From: Methylophilales bacterium
GTDB taxonomy: Bacteria; Pseudomonadota; Gammaproteobacteria; Burkholderiales; Methylophilaceae
Reading direction: 5' to 3'
Assembly: GCA_013205275.1 (NCBI GenBank)
Contig: JABMNG010000152.1
Span: 1 to 33,944, forward strand
Length of the DNA: 33,944 nt
The first letter of the stretch is position 1, and each line of letters opens with the position of its first letter. This document shows positions 28,804 through 33,944 of this stretch, in pieces. The notes under the pieces were generated by a model. It was not told the DNA's origin and did no database searches. It saw only the letters and a list, made by a program, of their open reading frames with translations. Position numbers and translations under genes: made by a program.

Positions 28804-30279
28804 TTATTTACCAGCTCTTTGAATCAAGAACTGAGTAAGAAGCGGTACAGGTCGGCCGGTTGATCCTTTATCCTTACCTGACTTCCATGCCGTACCAGCA
28901 ATATCCATATGAGCCCAATTATATTTTTTAGTAAATCGGGATAGAAAACAAGCGGCTGTTATACTGCCCGCCGCTCTTCCACCAATATTTGCCATATCTG
29001 CAAAATTGCTATTAAGCTGTGGTTGGTATTCATCCCATAATGGCATCTTCCATGCTTTATCTAGGGCTTTAATACCGGCTAATTCTAGCTCCGTAGATAA
29101 TGGATCATAATTTGAGAATAAAGCTGTTGCATGATGACCTAATGCAACGACGCAGGCACCTGTAAGTGTTGCAATATCAATAACTGCGTCTGGTTTATAT
29201 TTTTCAGCATAAGTTAGAGCGTCACATAATATTAGCCTACCTTCTGCATCAGTATTCAATACTTCAATGGTTTGTCCAGACATACTGGTTACGATATCAC
29301 CTGGCTTTAATGCTAATCCATCTGGTAAATTTTCACAGGAAGGGATAATCCCAATAATATTCAGGGGTAGATTTAAAATACCTACTGATTTCATTACCCC
29401 CAATACAGTAGCAGCGCCCCCCATATCATATTTCATTTCATCCATATCGGCCGAGGGCTTAATAGATATTCCACCCGCATCAAATGTTATTCCCTTCCCA
29501 ACAAGGACAATTGGTTTCTGATTTTTTGGCCCCTTATTGTGCTCTATTGTTATAAAGCGCGGTGGCTCTCGGCTTCCTTTGGCTACGGCTAAAAAAGATC
29601 CCATCTTAAGTTTTTCTATTTGCTTCTGATCAAAAATATTAATTTTAAACTTATACTCTTTCCCTAGTTTTGATGCGGTGTTTGCAAGATAAGTTGGGGT
29701 ACAAATATTTGGCGGTAGATTACCTAGGTCTTTTGTAAGATTAGCCCCTTCCATCATTGCCATGCCATGCTGAACCCCCTTTTTTACCTGAACTAAATCA
29801 GTGCCATCGTAATGAATAATGGTTTGGAATATATTTTGTTTAACTTTATTAATAGTTTTCAATGAGTTCACATCGTAAATCACATCCATTAAACCTCTTA
29901 CAGAATACTCAGCCACCGCATGAGCGCTTAAAGAGGTATTAATAAATTGATTAATAGGTATTAATAAATTTTTAAACTTAAGAGGCTTTAATTTATTAGC
30001 CATAGATAGAACTGCACTATAAAACAGGTTTGCTGTTAATAGTTTCGGGTCTCCAACCCTTACCAATAAAATCTTAGGATAAAAATGGTCTCCATAAACA
30101 ATCATAGTTGACCCAACTTTTTCTGATAAGTCTCCTAAGACTAGGACAGCTTTAATATAATTTACTGTTTTTTTATCAAGCCCAACCGAATCCATAGTTT
30201 GATTTTTAGCGTCTATGCCCAATGTGATAACATCGCTTGGTATCTTTGTGATTAAATCTGTTTTAATATTAACTTTCAT
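28804..30279 (-). CDS. pepA: Leucyl aminopeptidase (M17)
   Basis: GKGITFDAGG, MKYDMGG, NTDAEGRL, DIATLTGA, HMDIAGT. Confidence 0.97.
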   Translation of the reverse strand: MKVNIKTDLITKIPSDVITLGIDAKNQTMDSVGLDKKTVNYIKAVLVLGDLSEKVGSTMIVYGDHFYPKILLVRVGDPKLLTANLFYSAVLSMANKLKPLKFKNLLIPINQFINTSLSAHAVAEYSVRGLMDVIYDVNSLKTINKVKQNIFQTIIHYDGTDLVQVKKGVQHGMAMMEGANLTKDLGNLPPNICTPTYLANTASKLGKEYKFKINIFDQKQIEKLKMGSFLAVAKGSREPPRFITIEHNKGPKNQKPIVLVGKGITFDAGGISIKPSADMDEMKYDMGGAATVLGVMKSVGILNLPLNIIGIIPSCENLPDGLALKPGDIVTSMSGQTIEVLNTDAEGRLILCDALTYAEKYKPDAVIDIATLTGACVVALGHHATALFSNYDPLSTELELAGIKALDKAWKMPLWDEYQPQLNSNFADMANIGGRAAGSITAACFLSRFTKKYNWAHMDIAGTAWKSGKDKGSTGRPVPLLTQFLIQRAGK

Positions 30280-30306
30280 CTGATTATCCTTAAAATTTAT
30301 TGAAGC

Positions 30307-30312
30307 TACTAT
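30307..30312 (+). promoter_or_regulatory. Candidate -10 element for lptF
   Basis: TACTAT then 7 nt then ATG 30320; no SD in the 40-bp divergent gap. Confidence 0.35.
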
Positions 30313-30319
30313 TTAGCCC

Positions 30320-31462
30320 ATGCTATATAAATCATCTTTAACTAAAGAGCTTTTTTTTACTTCATTATCTACCATATTGATACTGTCTGGAATAGTCATT
30401 GCTCAGAGAGCTGTCTATATTTTTCGCCTTGCAGCAAGAGGTATTATACCAAACGATACAATAGATACGGTTCTAGTTTTTAATTTATTAAAGCATCTTC
30501 CTTTGCTTTTATCCCTTACGGTTTTTCTGGCCATTTTACTCACACTGAGTCGATGGTATAGAGACAGTGAAATGATCATTTGGCTTAGTTCGGGACTTAG
30601 TCTTCATAAACTTCTGAAGCCCATCCTGGCATTTTGTTTCCCTATAATTATATTAATTGCTTCCTTATCACTCTATATTAGCCCCTGGGCAGTTCAAAAA
30701 TCGGAAGAATTTAAGAGTAACTTAAAAAATAGAGATGAATTAGCAACCATCTCCCCGGGCTCGTTTAAAGAATCAAAAAGTGCAGATCGTATATTTTATG
30801 TTGAAGGATTTAGTGATCTTGGTAGTAGTGTAAAAAATATATTTGTACAGTCAATACAAAATAAAAAACTTGGGGTGATTGTCTCTAATAAAGGTAAAAG
30901 ATTTAAAAATGAAGATGGGGAAAATTATATTGTCATGCTGGATGGCAAACGTTACGAAGGTCAAGAGGATACTAAGGAATTTTCAATAACCACTTTTAAA
31001 GAGTATGGCATATTAATTGATAGGGAAATTCCTCGCATAGTATCTGTAGGGGCAAGTGTTGGTGTGATTGAAGCCATTCCAACATTACAGCTTTTGCTCT
31101 TGCAAAATAAGGTCAATCAGAAACAATATATGGCTGAATTAATGTGGCGGCTTTCATTGCCAATATCAGCTATGATTTTAATTCTACTCGCGATTTCAAT
31201 GAGCTTCATTAATCCTAGAGTAGGAAGATCGATGAATATCATTGCTGCATTATTGATCTTTGTAATTTACAACAACCTACTAGCTGTCTCACACAGCTTA
31301 GTTTCCACAGGACTAGTGTCTTTTTGGTTTGGTTTCTGGCCTGTTCATCTAACAGTTGCATTAATAGGGTGTTATCTTTTATATCGAAGGTCATATAATT
31401 TACCAATATTTCCAAGAAGAAGAATAATAATAAAAAGAAAAAGAAAAAATGATTCTAACTAG
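30320..31462 (+). CDS. lptF: LPS export ABC transporter permease LptF
   Basis: LSRWYRDSEM..W..SG, DGKRYEG, AELMWR, NPRVGRS; divergent from pepA. Confidence 0.93.
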   Translation: MLYKSSLTKELFFTSLSTILILSGIVIAQRAVYIFRLAARGIIPNDTIDTVLVFNLLKHLPLLLSLTVFLAILLTLSRWYRDSEMIIWLSSGLSLHKLLKPILAFCFPIIILIASLSLYISPWAVQKSEEFKSNLKNRDELATISPGSFKESKSADRIFYVEGFSDLGSSVKNIFVQSIQNKKLGVIVSNKGKRFKNEDGENYIVMLDGKRYEGQEDTKEFSITTFKEYGILIDREIPRIVSVGASVGVIEAIPTLQLLLLQNKVNQKQYMAELMWRLSLPISAMILILLAISMSFINPRVGRSMNIIAALLIFVIYNNLLAVSHSLVSTGLVSFWFGFWPVHLTVALIGCYLLYRRSYNLPIFPRRRIIIKRKRKNDSN

Positions 31463-32516
31463 ATATCTTAATAAAGAATTTTTTATCAGCATCATCATGA
31501 TAATGATAGGTTTAATAGCATTATTCTCATTTTTTGATTTTCTTCAGGAAATTAATGACCTAGGAAAAGGAAGTTATGACATCTCAAAAGTCATCGTATT
31601 TGTCATCCTAAGTATGCCAGGACATGTCTATGAGATTATTCCACTCTCAGTATTAATTGGAAGTATGTATGCTATTAGTCAGCTGTCACAGCACTCAGAA
31701 TTGATTGTTATGAGGGCCAGTGGTTTTTCTATCAAAAAAATAACCTTATCTTTATTTTATGTTGGTCTATTTTTCTCAATCGTTACTTTAGTTGTTGGTG
31801 ACCTCATTACTCCAGGTTCAGAAAAAAATGCTCAACAACTGAAAATTAACGCTACAGACTCAAGCCTTAGCCAGGAATTTAGATCGGGTTTTTGGATTAA
31901 AGATGGTAATAATTTTGTCAACATTGAGAATGTGATGCCAGATGCAACCCTTAGAGAGGTTCATATTTATGAGTTTGATTCAACTTTTAGTCTACGAACA
32001 ATTACCAATGCTAAAACAGGTATTTTTCATGATGGGCAATGGAAACTAGAAAATATCTCACAAACAATTTTTAATGATGATTCCATTCGAACTAATTCTA
32101 TCTTAAAGGGCAATTGGAAGTCATTAATTAGACCAGAGATGATGAATGTACTAATAATTTCTCCAGAAAAAATGAGTACATTAAATCTATTTAGATTTAT
32201 TAGTTACCTAAAAAATAATAATCAAAAAACAAATCGATATGAAGTTGCGTTATGGGAAAAAATTATTCATCCAATAATGCCAATAGTTATGCTCATTTTT
32301 GCAGTTCCATTTGGGTTTTTACAAGAACGTTCGGGCGGGAAATTTTTAAAAATCTTTATTGGTATTTCAGCTGGAATTGCATATCAAATTTTCAATACAA
32401 TGATTAGGCATGTAGGCCTCTTGAATGATTGGCCTCCCTATTTAAGTGCCCTTATACCAACATCATTATTTCTTGCTGCTGGAATTTATCTAATAATTAG
32501 ATTTGAAGAGATATAA
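31449..32516 (+). CDS. lptG: LPS export ABC transporter permease LptG
   Basis: ILTRYL, SELIVMRASG, W.KDG, YLKNN.Q...YE.ALW; follows lptF. Confidence 0.94.
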   Translation: MILTRYLNKEFFISIIMIMIGLIALFSFFDFLQEINDLGKGSYDISKVIVFVILSMPGHVYEIIPLSVLIGSMYAISQLSQHSELIVMRASGFSIKKITLSLFYVGLFFSIVTLVVGDLITPGSEKNAQQLKINATDSSLSQEFRSGFWIKDGNNFVNIENVMPDATLREVHIYEFDSTFSLRTITNAKTGIFHDGQWKLENISQTIFNDDSIRTNSILKGNWKSLIRPEMMNVLIISPEKMSTLNLFRFISYLKNNNQKTNRYEVALWEKIIHPIMPIVMLIFAVPFGFLQERSGGKFLKIFIGISAGIAYQIFNTMIRHVGLLNDWPPYLSALIPTSLFLAAGIYLIIRFEEI

Positions 32517-32886
32517 TTTCTGATCCGAGGATTCGGTCATGGAAGTAGCGATTTTTTTTGTCAAAAAGCATATGGAAGTACCCTGCACCAAAAAACACCA
32601 AACCAAATGTCGCCATACAATACCGATAGATATAAAAAAGTATTGAGTTATTTTTATTGTGAATTACAAGCTTCAGCCCCCATGATTTCATTGCTAGAGT
32701 CTGTCCTCCATGAGCCCAGCAATATACCAAATAGATTCCTGGGGTTATCCATAACAGCACCTGTAAAAAAAGAGTATTAGCTTGCTCATTTATATATAAA
32801 TAGACAAATGTAGTGAGAAACCAACAAGCAATGATTGATAACATCTCATATAGCAAACAAAAAAAACACCTTACTTTATATGTCAT
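32497..32886 (-). CDS. RDD family membrane protein
   Basis: R....LYE, GGQTLAMKSWGLK, HDR; convergent on lptG. Confidence 0.85.
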   Translation of the reverse strand: MTYKVRCFFCLLYEMLSIIACWFLTTFVYLYINEQANTLFLQVLLWITPGIYLVYCWAHGGQTLAMKSWGLKLVIHNKNNSILFYIYRYCMATFGLVFFGAGYFHMLFDKKNRYFHDRILGSEIISLQI

Positions 32887-32891
32887 AATTT

Positions 32892-33899
32892 TTAAATATA
32901 CTTAAAAACAAGAAATATATACAAAACATAACAGCTCATATTAATAAATAAATGCCATACCTTTATACCGCCTTTATGTATATTTCTTCTAATCCAGAAT
33001 GTAGATAATAAGGTAATAACAAACAATAGAATAATTTCTCGATTTGCCTCCCAGGGAGTAAGTAAAATACCAATGGCGGGAAGTAATGAGCCTTGAAATA
33101 CCATAGCCCCTGTAAGATTACCAAATGCTAATGTATCCTTATTACGTCTAATCCATAAGAAACTGTTCACTTTTTCCGGTAGCTCTGTTGCAAGCGGAAT
33201 AAGCATGATTGATAGAATTAATATAGGCAGACCAATAATGCTCGCTGCAATTTCAATGTAATGTATTAGACCTTTTGCCCCTAGAATTAGAAGCGCTAAG
33301 CCTATTACTAGCTGAATCACAATTGATAAAGTATTTACCGAAAAACCAATTCTCGATAGGTACATAGGACTACTAATAACAGTTACGTGTCCCTCTCCTA
33401 CCAATTTCTTTGAGGCTTTTATAGTTTTATAGATATAAAGAAAGTAAATACAAATCATTGCAGATGCAATTAATAGTTTAGCCATATAAGAATTATGAGG
33501 AATAAATAAGGCGGCTCCAGCAAAAATAAAAACAACAAGAAAAAAATCTAGATCCCTTATAATCCCTGACAGCTCTGGAGTAAATTTTCCATAAAAACCT
33601 CTTTTTGAAATTACAGCAACACTAAGAAGGCCCATAGCAACCGTAGTAAGCATTAATGGGGCGCCAAGAATAGCTCCTACGCCAATCGCATGGCTTGTAG
33701 TTATATCAGTTGATATAGATAATAATGCTGTAAGTGGAATAATGGTTTCTGGCAATGCCGTTCCGACAGCAGCAAAAATAGAGCCTGTAACGCCCTCTGA
33801 AATTTTCAATTTATGTCCAAAATGCTCTAAACCATTAGTAAAAATTTCAGCCGCAACTAAAATTAGGATTAACATGATGCATAAACTGAAAAAAACCAT
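32892..33899 (-). CDS. Cation:calcium antiporter (CaCA) family protein
   Basis: Two alpha-repeats (AAVGTALPE and PLATELPE...AFGNLTGA) and many TM segments; AAGGA SD. Confidence 0.9.
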   Translation of the reverse strand: MVFFSLCIMLILILVAAEIFTNGLEHFGHKLKISEGVTGSIFAAVGTALPETIIPLTALLSISTDITTSHAIGVGAILGAPLMLTTVAMGLLSVAVISKRGFYGKFTPELSGIIRDLDFFLVVFIFAGAALFIPHNSYMAKLLIASAMICIYFLYIYKTIKASKKLVGEGHVTVISSPMYLSRIGFSVNTLSIVIQLVIGLALLILGAKGLIHYIEIAASIIGLPILILSIMLIPLATELPEKVNSFLWIRRNKDTLAFGNLTGAMVFQGSLLPAIGILLTPWEANREIILLFVITLLSTFWIRRNIHKGGIKVWHLFINMSCYVLYIFLVFKYI

Positions 33900-33929
33900 T
33901 AGACTTTTCCTTAATGTTCAAAAGCTGTA

Positions 33930-33937
33930 ATTATAAT
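33930..33937. promoter_or_regulatory. Second ATTATAAT palindrome, candidate -10 of the antiporter-RDD unit
   Basis: Minus-strand TATAAT 30 nt upstream of ATG 33899, ahead of the SD. Confidence 0.4.
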
Positions 33938-33944
33938 CGAGATT

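Noticed and set aside
31410-31462. Basic LptF tail (RRRIIIKRKRK)
   Set aside because: Best explained by A-rich sequence before the overlapping lptG start, not a distinct domain.
1661-33930. Short ORFs in the track that overlap real genes (e.g. 1661-1855, 2625-2945, 4555-4785, 5780-5971, 12586-12879, 14640-14927, 29267-29521, 33742-33930)
   Set aside because: They lie antisense to, or in another frame of, well-supported genes and have no recognisable motifs. They are typical shadow ORFs.
1-33944. rRNA, tRNA, CRISPR, IS, integrase, prophage or defence genes
   Set aside because: No gap exceeds about 100 bp, I saw no cloverleaf or spaced repeats, and every long ORF matches a housekeeping family.

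Overview
This is a gene-dense, AT-rich core-genome window from a betaproteobacterium. It is probably a streamlined Methylophilaceae-like lineage (inferred from gene order, System II cytochrome c maturation, the PVWY cytochrome b motif and tiny intergenic spaces; not confirmed by any search). From 20326 to the left edge, 28 genes lie on the minus strand: diheme cytochrome c4, ccsB/ccsA, mlaFEDCB, a YadG/YadH-like ABC pair, bolA, grxD, murA, hisGDCBHAFIE, a HIT protein, tatABC, petA and petB (truncated by the edge). tatA and petB are missing from the supplied ORF track and were read by hand. The right half holds engB, trmB, a MidA/NDUFAF7-like methyltransferase, a pteridine reductase-like SDR, ttcA, topA, a PBP7-like endopeptidase, a solitary gcvH, holC, pepA, lptF, lptG, an RDD protein and a CaCA antiporter. 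I found no RNA gene, mobile element, CRISPR array, defence island or clearly new multi-gene system. The best leads are small-scale. They are a perfect TGTGA-N6-TCACA site before ccsB, three SD-less genes with a -10 hexamer exactly 7 nt before ATG (candidate leaderless mRNAs), palindromic ATTATAAT bidirectional -10 cores, and overlaps at all four convergent junctions. Gene-content leads are a grxD-bolA pair inside the mla-murA-his run, an orphan GcvH and miniaturised TatA/TatB.
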